Positions 50,108 through 59,522 of a DNA stretch of 64,000 nucleotides are shown here, piece after piece. Origin of the DNA: an uncultured Defluviitaleaceae bacterium (GTDB lineage Bacteria > Bacillota > Clostridia > Lachnospirales > WRBF01); the NCBI GenBank assembly GCA_964492715.1, contig CAZBLK010000002.1:66896-130895 (forward strand), in the 5' to 3' direction. Within the stretch, counting starts at the first letter, position 1. The number at the start of each line of letters is the position of its first letter. The notes below the pieces were generated by a model. That model was not told the origin of the DNA. It did no database searches and saw only the letters and a program-made list of their open reading frames with translations. The position numbers were made by a program, and so were the translations under genes.

Positions 50108-52391
50108 GCAAAACACCTCCTGCTACAAGCTTTTCAAAAACGTTTTGCGGCGAAAGCGGAATTTTTTCAAACGCTACGCCTGTTGCGTTTAAAACGGCGT
50201 TTCTAATTGCCGCCGCTTGTGGAATTGTTGGTGGCTCGCCAAGAGACTTGTTGCCGTAAGGGCCTGTTGGGTCGTAAAGCTCGACAAAGTCGGCATTTAA
50301 CGTTGGTGTGTCAAGGCTTGTTGGCAGCTTGTAGTCAAGCAAGTTGTTGTTTAGCGGCTTGCCTTTGTCGTCAAAAAGCATTGCTTCGGAAAGGGCGTAG
50401 CCTAAGCCCATGCTCATTCCGCCGTGAACTTGTGCCTCGGCAAGCTTTGGGTTTAAAAGCCGTCCGCTGTCGTGGACGTTTATTATGTTTACAATGTTTA
50501 CTTTGCAAAGAGGAACGTCAACTTCAACTTCGGCAAAGCAAACGCCTGTTGAAAGCGTGTTTGTTTCGCAAAGGTTTGAAACCTCGGCTGTTATGTGCCT
50601 GCCGTTTTCGGTGTTGTAAAATGACTCCATTGCTAAATCTTCCAGAGAAATTAACGGCTTTTGCGTTTGCTTAACAATTAATTCTGCGTTTGAAATGTCA
50701 AGCAAATAAGGCTCGTAACCTGTTAAAACTTTTGCATAGTCGAGTATTTTTTGCTTTAAAAGCTCGGCTGTTTTTCTTAACGCCATGCCGCTGACGTATG
50801 ACTGGCGTGAGGCGTATGCGCCTGTGTCAAACGGCGTTACATCAGTGTCTTGTGTAGAAATTAGGTGCACATTTTCAATTGGAATGCCAAGCGTTTCAGA
50901 CGCCATTTGTGAAAACACAGTGTCTGCACCTTGCCCAATTTCCGTTGCGCCAAGCTGAACTTGCACAGAGCCGTCTTGGTTTAAAACAATTCGGCAGCAA
51001 GCGTGTTCAAGGCTAATTGGGTGTATACCAGTTTTGTAAGTGAACAATGCCATTCCTACGCCACGAAGTTTTTCACCTTGTTTTTCTACATTGTCACTAG
51101 CACGCTTTTCGTCCCAGCCTATAAACTTTTTACCTTTTGCAATGCACTCACGAAGCCCGTTTGTGTGGCTTTTTATCGGTGGGGCTAAAGGGTCGAAGTA
51201 CCCTTCTTCGATTGCATTTTTCAACCTAAGCTCTACAGGGTCTATGCCAAGCTTTTTTGCAATGTCATCAACGTGGCTTTCCACAGCAAAAACTACTTGT
51301 GGAATTCCGTACCCACGCATTGCGCCTGCTGACGGTAGGTTTGTATAAACGGTGTAAGCTTCGCACGCTGTAGCATCTGCGTAGTAGCAGTCACGGAAAG
51401 CGGCTGTTGCGTTTGCAACAATTGAATGACCGTGTGAAGCGTAGCCGCCTTGGTTAGAGTACGCTGTCATTTTCCGTGCAACAAACTTGCCGTCTTTTGT
51501 AACTGCTGTCATTAAGTTAAACTTAATTGCATGGCGTGTGCGTGTGCTAACAAAAGTTTCTTCCCTTGAAATGGCAAGCTTTACGCAACGTCCACCAACT
51601 TGCGTTGACAAAAAGGCGTTAAGCGGCTCGTAAAGAACTTCTTGCTTGTTGCCAAAGCCGCCGCCAATGTAAGGCTTAATTACCCGAACTTTGCCCCACT
51701 TTATGCCAAGCGCCTGGCCAACGACACGCCGCACAATGTGCGGAATTTGCGTTGACGAAACTACAACGACACGCCCGTTTTCCATGTAGGCGTAAGAAAT
51801 TGGCGGTTCAATGTGACAGTGCTGAACAATTTGCGTTTCAAAGCTTCCTTCCACAACAACTAAACCGTCCTGTTTGACGGCTTCGTCAAAGTTGCCAAGC
51901 TCAAAAGATGAGTGTGCCAAAATGTTACGCTCGTACCCTTCGTGGATTAACGGCTTGCCCTCCTGCATTGCTTGTTCAACCGAAAGAAGCGGTTCGTATT
52001 CTTCGTAGCAAACTTTAATTAAGGATAAAGCTTTTAATGCCGCCACTTCGTCTGTTGCAACTACGGCCGCAATGTCGTCGCCGTAGTATCGGACATTTGT
52101 GTTCAAAAGCTTTCTGTCGGCTACGTCTTGGTGCGCCTTGTCAGTTGACCACGGGTGGCCTGCCGTTGGAAAAGTGATGTCTGGGACGTCAAAGCACGTC
52201 ACAATTTTCACTACACCTTCAACCTTTTTAGCTTCTTCTGTGTCAATTTGCAAAACTTTACCGTGTGCAATTTTGCTGTGCAAAACTTTTGCAACCAGCA
52301 TTTCGCCGTGGAAAAAATCGTCTGTGTATTTTGCTTTGCCTGTTACTTTTAGCTCGGCATCTACACGGTTCACAGATTTTCCTACGCTCAT
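50100..52391 (-). CDS. xdhA: Xanthine dehydrogenase molybdopterin-binding large subunit
   Basis: 763-aa ORF. GKAKYTDD start, GGGFGNK, the active-site region GAMRGYG and EIGQGADT. Confidence 0.9.
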   Translation of the reverse strand: MSVGKSVNRVDAELKVTGKAKYTDDFFHGEMLVAKVLHSKIAHGKVLQIDTEEAKKVEGVVKIVTCFDVPDITFPTAGHPWSTDKAHQDVADRKLLNTNVRYYGDDIAAVVATDEVAALKALSLIKVCYEEYEPLLSVEQAMQEGKPLIHEGYERNILAHSSFELGNFDEAVKQDGLVVVEGSFETQIVQHCHIEPPISYAYMENGRVVVVSSTQIPHIVRRVVGQALGIKWGKVRVIKPYIGGGFGNKQEVLYEPLNAFLSTQVGGRCVKLAISREETFVSTRTRHAIKFNLMTAVTKDGKFVARKMTAYSNQGGYASHGHSIVANATAAFRDCYYADATACEAYTVYTNLPSAGAMRGYGIPQVVFAVESHVDDIAKKLGIDPVELRLKNAIEEGYFDPLAPPIKSHTNGLRECIAKGKKFIGWDEKRASDNVEKQGEKLRGVGMALFTYKTGIHPISLEHACCRIVLNQDGSVQVQLGATEIGQGADTVFSQMASETLGIPIENVHLISTQDTDVTPFDTGAYASRQSYVSGMALRKTAELLKQKILDYAKVLTGYEPYLLDISNAELIVKQTQKPLISLEDLAMESFYNTENGRHITAEVSNLCETNTLSTGVCFAEVEVDVPLCKVNIVNIINVHDSGRLLNPKLAEAQVHGGMSMGLGYALSEAMLFDDKGKPLNNNLLDYKLPTSLDTPTLNADFVELYDPTGPYGNKSLGEPPTIPQAAAIRNAVLNATGVAFEKIPLSPQNVFEKLVAGGVLHV

Positions 52392-52414
52392 GCGTTCACC
52401 TCCTAGGGGAGAGG

Positions 52415-53017
52415 TTAGCTTTTTAATAATTCTCCCTCAATAATTAAAAAATCATCTTGACTGTCTACGTCAAGCATTTCGACCCTGCTATCAGCTTCGC
52501 ATAAAATAAGCCTATCTGCATTTTTGGAAGCTACATAACCCCCGCCCTTATTACGGTCGAGACCCTTTAAATCATCTTTAAAAAGGTTTGGGAAAATTAT
52601 TGGGTTGCCACGGACGCCGCAGAAGCTTTGCGCCACAATGTTTTGCGGATTGTTGTAAAACGTTTGTATAAGCCGTTTAACAGAGCTTTTTTTGCGCAGC
52701 GGCTGGTCGCAAACTGAAAACATGTAGCCGTCTGCTTCGCCCACAAAATCAAGCCCTGCTTTTATGCTTGTGTTTATCCCTTCTTTGTAATTTTTGTTAA
52801 ACACTGTTTTAATGCCGTACTCGTTTGCAATTTTTAAAACGTCTTCGTCGTGTGCAACAAGCACAGTTTGGTTTAGCATTTCAAGGGGAAGTGCTTCGAT
52901 TGTATAGCACAATAGGGGCTTGCCTAAAAGCGGCGTCAAAAGCTTGTTTGCACCAAAACGGCTAGAAGCACCTGCTGCTAAAAGTATGCAGTTTATAGTT
53001 ATTTCTTTAGTTTCCAT
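52415..53017 (-). CDS. mocA: MocA/YgfJ-type molybdenum cofactor cytidylyltransferase
   Basis: 200-aa ORF. N-terminal ILLAAGASSRFGANKLL NTP-transferase motif. Overlaps the upstream hydroxylase gene by 19 nt. Confidence 0.75.
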   Translation of the reverse strand: METKEITINCILLAAGASSRFGANKLLTPLLGKPLLCYTIEALPLEMLNQTVLVAHDEDVLKIANEYGIKTVFNKNYKEGINTSIKAGLDFVGEADGYMFSVCDQPLRKKSSVKRLIQTFYNNPQNIVAQSFCGVRGNPIIFPNLFKDDLKGLDRNKGGGYVASKNADRLILCEADSRVEMLDVDSQDDFLIIEGELLKS

Positions 53018-55599
53018 AGTTGTAGTTCATTCTTCTTTTCTGTTTTTTTAATTTGTAAAGGAAGCTTTGTTCGGAAAATTCCGTCAAAGCTGTAGTATGC
53101 GCCTTGAATTGCTGGCGCAGTTGGAATTGACGCAATTTCGCCCACACCCTTTGCGCCGAACGCTTCTTCCGAAACATTTCCTTTTACCAAAATTGTTTCG
53201 ACAGTAGGTGCTTTGTCGGCTCGCAAAAGCCCAAGAGTGCCAAACTTAGCTTGCGGCACGCCGTCTTTTAAAGGGAAGTTTTCTGTAAGCGCATAACCAG
53301 CAGACATTACAACGCCGCCTTCAATTTGCCCTTCGACAGAAACAGGGTTTATTGGTTGCCCAACGTCATGCGCCGCTACAATTTTTACAAGGTTTCCGCT
53401 GTCGTCAAGTATGGCGACTTGGGCAGCGTAGCCATATGCAACGTGGCTAACAGGGTTTTCTTTCTCTGTGCCGATTTTGTCAGTTTTTGGTGCGTATTCT
53501 CCAAAATACTCGTTTCCTTCAAGGCTTGAAAGCGACTTTTCCACAAGGTCAAGCGCAAGCTTTTGTGCGGCAAAACGTGTTGCTTCGCCTGTAAAAAGTG
53601 TTTGGCGTGAAGCAGTGGTAACGCCGCTGTTCGGCGTTTTTTCCGTGTCTGGGTCGTGGATAATTATATCTTTTGGGGAAAGACCTGTTGCTTCGCACGT
53701 AATTTGAAGAAGAACGGTTTGCAGCCCTTGCCCAATGCACGCCGCACCAGATAAAACGTGAACTTTTCCACCTTCAACTTTAATTTTGCAACGCCCAACG
53801 TCTGGAACACCTACGCCAAGCCCAGAGTTTTTAATTCCGCAAGCAATTCCAGCAAATTTGTTTTGGTAGAACGCATCTTTTACGGCTTCTAAACATTGCA
53901 CAAGCGCTGTTGAGCTGTCAGCAATTTGCCCATTTGGAAGCGTTTGCCCTGGACGAATTGCGTTCCTCATGCGAATTTCCCACGGCGAAATGCCAACCAT
54001 TTCCGCCAACAAATTTAAGTTGCACTCTGTTGCAAACAAGCTTTGTGTCACGCCAAAGCCACGGAACGCACCTGCTGGTGGGTTGTTTGTGTAAACCGCC
54101 TTGCCGACAATTTCAATGTCGTGGTAGTTGTACGGCCCAGGGGCATGGGTGCAAGCCCTTTGCAAAACTGGGCCACCTAAAGAAGCATATGCACCTGTGT
54201 CGGAAATTATTGTTGCTTTCATAGCTGTTAAAATTCCGTTTTCGTCACACGCCGTTGTAAATTCCATTTCCATGGCGTGGCGTTTTGGGTGGACGTTTAT
54301 ACTTTCTTGACGTGACAGCTTAAACTTCACTGGCTTGCCTGTTTTTTGTGCAAGCAGGGCAGAGTAGTGCTGAACCGACATGTCTTCTTTGCCTCCAAAT
54401 CCGCCGCCTACGGTCATTGTTTTAACATGCACTTTTTCCGTAGGAAGCCCAAGCACCTCCACGCACTCGTGCTGTGTTTGGAACGCACTTTGGTCAGAGC
54501 AATAAATTACAATTCCACCATCACTTTTTGGAACACTAACTGCACATTCAGGCTCTAAAAAAGCGTGTTCCGTGAAAGGTGTGCTATATCTTTTTGTTAC
54601 GACATATTTACTGTTTTTTATTACATCTTCGGGGTTGCCACGCCTAAGCTTTTGCACAAAAAGGACGTTGCCGTCTTCGTGAAGAAGCGGTGCGCTTTTG
54701 TGCAAAGCATCTTTTGGTGAATTTATTACTGGTAGAACATTATATTCTATTTCTATAAGCTTTTTTGCCTGCTCTAAAATTTCTTTTGTTTCGGCAGCTA
54801 TAAGCACAATTCCGTCGCCTATATACCTTGTAACTTCGCCTTCACCAATTAAAACGTCCCAATCCTTTTTTAAATGGCCAATTTTTTTGGCAGCTGGCAA
54901 GTCTTTTGCTGTAATTACAGCGTGTACACCAGAAAGGCTTTCTGCTTTTTCTGTATTTATTTTTTTTATGTAAATTCTAGGGTAAGGTGGGTGAACAACT
55001 CCACCGTATAACATTCCATCAAAAAACAAATCGTCTGTATAAAAGGCTTCGCCCAAAGCTTTTTTAACGGCATCTACTCGTGGAATATTTTCGCCTATTC
55101 GCCCTGTAAAGTTTTCGCTTGGAATTTCTTCGTTTTCTCGAAAAATTTTTGCCGCAAGTTTAATTGCTTCGACAATTTTAATATACCCTGTGCAGCGACA
55201 AATGTTGCCTTTTATTGCCGTTTTAATTTGCTCATCAGAAATTTGGTTTTTTTCATGTTGCAAATTTTTATCCAGCAAAGCTTTTGCGCTTATAATCATT
55301 CCGGGGGTGCAAAAGCCGCATTGAACCGCACCGCATTTTGCAAAGGCATAGGAATAAACACTTTTTTCACGCTCGGTTAATCCTTCAAGCGTAACAATTG
55401 TTTTTCCGTCAACTTTGCCGGTTGTAGTAACACAAGCTTTTGTTGCTACGCCGTCAATTAAAAATAAGCAAGTTCCACATGCGCCTTCTTCACAGCCGTT
55501 TTTTACTGATGTAAGGCGCAATTCATCACGCAGAAAGTGCAGGAGCTTTGTTTCTTTGTCAGTACAAACAACTTTTCCGTTTACTATAAAGCTTGACAT
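52999..55599 (-). CDS. xdhD: XdhD-like molybdenum hydroxylase with fused N-terminal 2x[2Fe-2S] domains (selenium-dependent hydroxylase family)
   Basis: 866 aa from the ATG at 55599. CEEGACGTC and CGFCTPG..CRCTGY, followed by a molybdopterin-binding body (GGGFGGKED, GAFRGFG, CIGQGLQT). Confidence 0.8.
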   Translation of the reverse strand: MSSFIVNGKVVCTDKETKLLHFLRDELRLTSVKNGCEEGACGTCLFLIDGVATKACVTTTGKVDGKTIVTLEGLTEREKSVYSYAFAKCGAVQCGFCTPGMIISAKALLDKNLQHEKNQISDEQIKTAIKGNICRCTGYIKIVEAIKLAAKIFRENEEIPSENFTGRIGENIPRVDAVKKALGEAFYTDDLFFDGMLYGGVVHPPYPRIYIKKINTEKAESLSGVHAVITAKDLPAAKKIGHLKKDWDVLIGEGEVTRYIGDGIVLIAAETKEILEQAKKLIEIEYNVLPVINSPKDALHKSAPLLHEDGNVLFVQKLRRGNPEDVIKNSKYVVTKRYSTPFTEHAFLEPECAVSVPKSDGGIVIYCSDQSAFQTQHECVEVLGLPTEKVHVKTMTVGGGFGGKEDMSVQHYSALLAQKTGKPVKFKLSRQESINVHPKRHAMEMEFTTACDENGILTAMKATIISDTGAYASLGGPVLQRACTHAPGPYNYHDIEIVGKAVYTNNPPAGAFRGFGVTQSLFATECNLNLLAEMVGISPWEIRMRNAIRPGQTLPNGQIADSSTALVQCLEAVKDAFYQNKFAGIACGIKNSGLGVGVPDVGRCKIKVEGGKVHVLSGAACIGQGLQTVLLQITCEATGLSPKDIIIHDPDTEKTPNSGVTTASRQTLFTGEATRFAAQKLALDLVEKSLSSLEGNEYFGEYAPKTDKIGTEKENPVSHVAYGYAAQVAILDDSGNLVKIVAAHDVGQPINPVSVEGQIEGGVVMSAGYALTENFPLKDGVPQAKFGTLGLLRADKAPTVETILVKGNVSEEAFGAKGVGEIASIPTAPAIQGAYYSFDGIFRTKLPLQIKKTEKKNELQLWKLKK

Positions 55600-55688
55600 A
55601 GCTTTCACCTTTTTTGTTTGACTTATTAAGTTTATTTTATTACATAATCTACAAAAAAACAAGCAAAAATTATAAATAATTAGTAAAA

Positions 55689-56918
55689 TTAATCAAACAA
55701 ACATACTTTAACAATTGAACCCTTTTCAATTGTTGTAACACCAGCTTTTGCTACGACGTATCCGTCTGCTTGTGCAATGTTTGCTATAAGTGACGAACGG
55801 ATAGGGTAGGGGAATGCTTCTATGGTTTCTTTACTTGCGTTTAACGAAACGGCAAAATGCTCGTCAAAGTCGGCGTTTGATGAAATTTGTTCCGATAATA
55901 CAGCTTCGACATATGGTTGGAACTTTTTTGTTAAGTCTTTTTTTGCCGTGAAAATGTGTTTGACAATTAGCAGCATAATAAAAAAGGCTGAAACTGTGTT
56001 TCCTGGAAGCCCGACTATTGGCGTGGCGTTATAGTTTGCAATTATCGTTGGCTTGCCTGGGCGAACAGAAATTCTTCTTGTTAAAAAGGTTATGCCGTGA
56101 AGTTTTTCAAGCACCTTGAAGGTGTTGTCCTTTTTGCCGACAGAGCTGCCTCCTGTTATTATTAAAATGTCACAACTTGAAGCCGCTTTTTGTACCGTTT
56201 GAAAAAGCAGGTCCTCGTCGTCGCCAATTATTCCGTAAGTAACAAACTCACCGCCCCATTTTTCGACAAGCGAACGAATGGTGTAGCTGTTTACGTCACG
56301 GATTTTTGCGGAGTTGTGGTCAATTTCGGTGGAGGCTTCAACAATTTCATCGCCTGTAATTATTACGCCACAGCGTAGCTTTTTGTAGACGGTTACTTCG
56401 GTAATGCCAAGAAGTGCAAAAATTGCGGCTTCTTTTGCCGAAATTGTTGTTCCACTTTGAACAATTACGTCGCCCTTTTTTGCATCTTGCCCAGATTTTA
56501 CCATATTTTCACCTGCACACACAGGGGCTTTTATGCAAACTATGTTTCCCAAAACATCACAGTTTTCAAGCATAACAACAGCGTTTGCGCCTTTTGGAAT
56601 TGTGCCGCCTGTCGGAACATATACAGCTTCATTTTGGGTAACAAAAAAGTCCGTTTTTTCGGACATTAAAACTTCGCCTAAAAGCGTAAGTGAAATTGGG
56701 TTGTTTTCTGCTGCGCCTTTTGTGCTTTCCGAAAAAACAGCGTAGCCGTCCATTGTGGAGCGGTCAAAGTGGGGCAAGTCGTCGGTGGCGCAAGCAGCTT
56801 CTGCCAAAACTGAGCCGACTGACTTTTGTATGTCAAGCTTTTCTGATTCATAATTAGTTCGGTTAAACGTTTTGTACAGTAATGAAACAACTTCGTCTGT
56901 CGTCATTCCGAAAAGCAT
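55689..56918 (-). CDS. moeA: Molybdopterin molybdenumtransferase MoeA
   Basis: 409-aa ORF. STMDGYAV, ITGGSSVGKKD and PGKP motifs. Confidence 0.85.
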   Translation of the reverse strand: MLFGMTTDEVVSLLYKTFNRTNYESEKLDIQKSVGSVLAEAACATDDLPHFDRSTMDGYAVFSESTKGAAENNPISLTLLGEVLMSEKTDFFVTQNEAVYVPTGGTIPKGANAVVMLENCDVLGNIVCIKAPVCAGENMVKSGQDAKKGDVIVQSGTTISAKEAAIFALLGITEVTVYKKLRCGVIITGDEIVEASTEIDHNSAKIRDVNSYTIRSLVEKWGGEFVTYGIIGDDEDLLFQTVQKAASSCDILIITGGSSVGKKDNTFKVLEKLHGITFLTRRISVRPGKPTIIANYNATPIVGLPGNTVSAFFIMLLIVKHIFTAKKDLTKKFQPYVEAVLSEQISSNADFDEHFAVSLNASKETIEAFPYPIRSSLIANIAQADGYVVAKAGVTTIEKGSIVKVCLFD

Positions 56919-56922
56919 TTCC

Positions 56923-57912
56923 TCACTCCTTTATACAGTTCAAAACTTCGATAAACACTTGAATTTCACCGCCGCAAATCATTTCCCCTTTTGTTACGTC
57001 CTCATTCAGCATTTGGCAGGTGACAAGTGCGGAAGTGTTGTTTTTACACGCTTCTATTGATTTTTGCAAAACTTCATGCTCGGCACTACCGCCACCAATT
57101 GTACCCATTATTGTTTCGTCTTTGAAAACAACCATCTTTGAGCCTGCTTTTCTTGCGGCTGAACCTTTTGTTTGGGTAATTGTTAAAACGGCTAAAGCGT
57201 TTTCATTTTGGCACGCCAAAAATATTTCTTCGTTTGCAGAAATTTGTGCGGCTTTGTTTTTTACAGAAATTATTTCTGCCAAAATGCTAATTGCAATTTC
57301 TTCGGGGGTTTCAGCATGGATATTAAGCCCAATTGGGGTGTGGATTTTTGAGAGGACTTCTTCTGTAAAGCCGACATCACGAAGCTTGTTTAGGACGAGG
57401 GAAATTTTTCGCTTGCTTCCAACCATTCCAACGTAGGCATAGCTATTTTTTAAAATTGCTTCAAGGCAAGCTCTGTCGGACAAGTGGCTGTTTGTTACAA
57501 TGACATAGTAGTTGTTTTCGTCAAAGCCAGCTTCTGAAAGTGCTTCTTGGTACGGCTTGCAAACTGTTTTTGCGTTTTCAAACCGTGCGTTTGATGCAAA
57601 TTGCTGGCGCTCGTCAATTACCGTAACAGAAAAACCAACCGTTTCAGCAATTTTATAAAGGCAAAGCGCAATGTGTCCGCCACCACAAATTACAAGGCGT
57701 GGCTTTTTCACAATTGTTTCTGCAAAAAAGGTTAAGCTGTTTAATGCTTCTTGAGGCAAACCAATTAAGCCGTCATCACAAAAAACAACTTCTTCTTGTG
57801 CGGCGGCTATTTTTTGCCCTAGTAATTTTTCATTTCCTGCAATTACTGTTTGGACAGTTACGTTTTTATGTTTTTCCATCAACGTTTGAAGCTGTTTATA
57901 AAAGCTACTCAT
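56923..57912 (-). CDS. XdhC/CoxI family molybdenum hydroxylase maturation protein
   Basis: 329-aa ORF. Rossmann-like LVICGGGHIA in the middle, flanked by XdhC_CoxI-type N- and C-regions. Its start overlaps the yqeB stop (ATGA). Confidence 0.8.
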   Translation of the reverse strand: MSSFYKQLQTLMEKHKNVTVQTVIAGNEKLLGQKIAAAQEEVVFCDDGLIGLPQEALNSLTFFAETIVKKPRLVICGGGHIALCLYKIAETVGFSVTVIDERQQFASNARFENAKTVCKPYQEALSEAGFDENNYYVIVTNSHLSDRACLEAILKNSYAYVGMVGSKRKISLVLNKLRDVGFTEEVLSKIHTPIGLNIHAETPEEIAISILAEIISVKNKAAQISANEEIFLACQNENALAVLTITQTKGSAARKAGSKMVVFKDETIMGTIGGGSAEHEVLQKSIEACKNNTSALVTCQMLNEDVTKGEMICGGEIQVFIEVLNCIKE

Positions 57913-58706
57913 GTATACTTTCCTTTAAAATATAAAATTGCTTCAAGCACTCCGCCACCTATAGCAAGCGCTTTGTCAGATGCTGTGAAGCAATGTGCTT
58001 TTTCACAGCGTGGGTCAATGTCTCCGCATTTCATTCCTTTTTTTACAAGTAAACCGTTTGGCAAAAGCCCACGGATTATTCCATCAAGGGCTGAAACAAT
58101 TTCTGTGTTGTTAACATAAGCTACAACGTCACCCTTTTTCACGGAATCTCCAATTTGCCTTGGTGAATAAAAAAAGCCCTCAGCAAACGAGCGTATAATT
58201 CTTTCTTTTGAAAAGCCACCAATTTCGCCTGGTATGCCAGTGTTTTCAATTGCTGAGCCTTCATAAATTACACGTCCGAGTGTGTGCCCCCTCATAGTTT
58301 CAATTACGCAGTGGCAGTCAACACCTGCTGTAAAACCTGGGCCTAAGGCTATTACTGTGATGGCGTCTGTTATTTTTGTTCCTGTGTTTTTCTTTGCGAC
58401 AATTGCATCGATAACAACGTCTGGGCGGTAGTTGGAATCTTTTAAAATAGCTGTGCTTTCGTCAACTATAACAGCAACGCTTCCCTTTGCCAGTGTGTTC
58501 AAAGCTTCGTTTGTGTTTTTTAATAGGTGTGCCGTTACACCTTCGACTGTTGCACTTCCGTTATACACAGCTTCTGAAAAGCTTACTGTGCGCCTTACGG
58601 CAGTTGGCTTTTCAATTTCTGTCATTAAAACGGCGAAGCCAGAGCGAACAAGGCGCAGTGCAACACCTGTTGCCAAGTCGCCTGCGCCTTTAATTAAAAT
58701 CTTCAT
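57909..58706 (-). CDS. yqeB: YqeB-family selenium-dependent molybdenum hydroxylase maturation protein
   Basis: 265 aa from the ATG at 58706, in ATGA overlap with yqeC. N-terminal MKILIKGAGDLATGVALRL dinucleotide-fold-like motif. Genomic context. Confidence 0.65.
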   Translation of the reverse strand: MKILIKGAGDLATGVALRLVRSGFAVLMTEIEKPTAVRRTVSFSEAVYNGSATVEGVTAHLLKNTNEALNTLAKGSVAVIVDESTAILKDSNYRPDVVIDAIVAKKNTGTKITDAITVIALGPGFTAGVDCHCVIETMRGHTLGRVIYEGSAIENTGIPGEIGGFSKERIIRSFAEGFFYSPRQIGDSVKKGDVVAYVNNTEIVSALDGIIRGLLPNGLLVKKGMKCGDIDPRCEKAHCFTASDKALAIGGGVLEAILYFKGKYT

Positions 58707-59443
58707 GCTACAAACTTCTTCCACGTGCCTTGTGCAAGCGACGTTATGACAACATTTTTCACGCCACGGCGTTGAAGCATTGAAGCAAGAGAGTGGGCTT
58801 CGTCGTTTAGGCGGTTGTTGTCGGCTTTATTAAGTACTATGCAGGGGTCACCTGAAACGCCTTTCATCAAGCCGCTTTCGTCCATTATAATGTCTGCCAT
58901 GTTTTCAAGCGTAAGAGTGTGCCTTACATTTACACCTAAAAGAGAAGCTACTTGCTGTGGGCGGTGTGCCACGTCACAAATGCGCTTGCCAAGTGCGTCC
59001 ATGCCTACTACAGCGATAACTGAGTTTGCGTGCTTTGGAATGGCTGGCTCGTGCTCGTCGTGAAGCTTAATTGGCATGTTTCTTGCGCCGTCTGACTCTA
59101 CCAAAACAATGTCGGAAATTTCTTTGAAGTAGTCAAACAAAACAGGGTCGGGGGATTTTAGCTTGTCCTCTTTAAAAGATTGTGCAACGACAGCCAAGCC
59201 GTTTTTTTCCAAACCGCCTTTTATCATGTCCTTATCGGACGAAAGAATTAGCCTTACGCCGTTTGGAATTAAAATGTGTGTGCTTGTGGTGGCTATTACA
59301 CGCTTGCCAAGGCTGTTAAGCTCTTTTGCAAGTGTAAACATAAGCGTTGTTTTGCCGCCACCGCCAACTATTGCTATGTAGTTGTCACGATGTGTTTCAA
59401 GGCCTAACGTTTCGTATAGTAGTGATGATGACATTTTTTTCAC
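58703..59443 (-). CDS. yqeC: YqeC-family P-loop accessory protein of selenium-dependent hydroxylases
   Basis: 246-aa ORF. Walker A IVGGGGKTT. Genomic context. Confidence 0.65.
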   Translation of the reverse strand: MKKMSSSLLYETLGLETHRDNYIAIVGGGGKTTLMFTLAKELNSLGKRVIATTSTHILIPNGVRLILSSDKDMIKGGLEKNGLAVVAQSFKEDKLKSPDPVLFDYFKEISDIVLVESDGARNMPIKLHDEHEPAIPKHANSVIAVVGMDALGKRICDVAHRPQQVASLLGVNVRHTLTLENMADIIMDESGLMKGVSGDPCIVLNKADNNRLNDEAHSLASMLQRRGVKNVVITSLAQGTWKKFVA

Positions 59444-59472
59444 CTCTGTTTTTTCGTTTGTAGTATGTAAGA

Positions 59473-59510
59473 ATAAGACCTTGAAGGAGTTGTTCCCTCA
59501 AGCCCTTTTT
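59473..59510 (-). repeat. GC-rich repeat family, degenerate copy 7
   Basis: ATAAGACCTTGAAGGAGTTGTTCCCTCAAGCCC retains the AAGACCTTG lead and one imperfect hairpin. Lies between flhB and yqeC. Confidence 0.45.
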
Positions 59511-59522
59511 AAAAAAATACAC

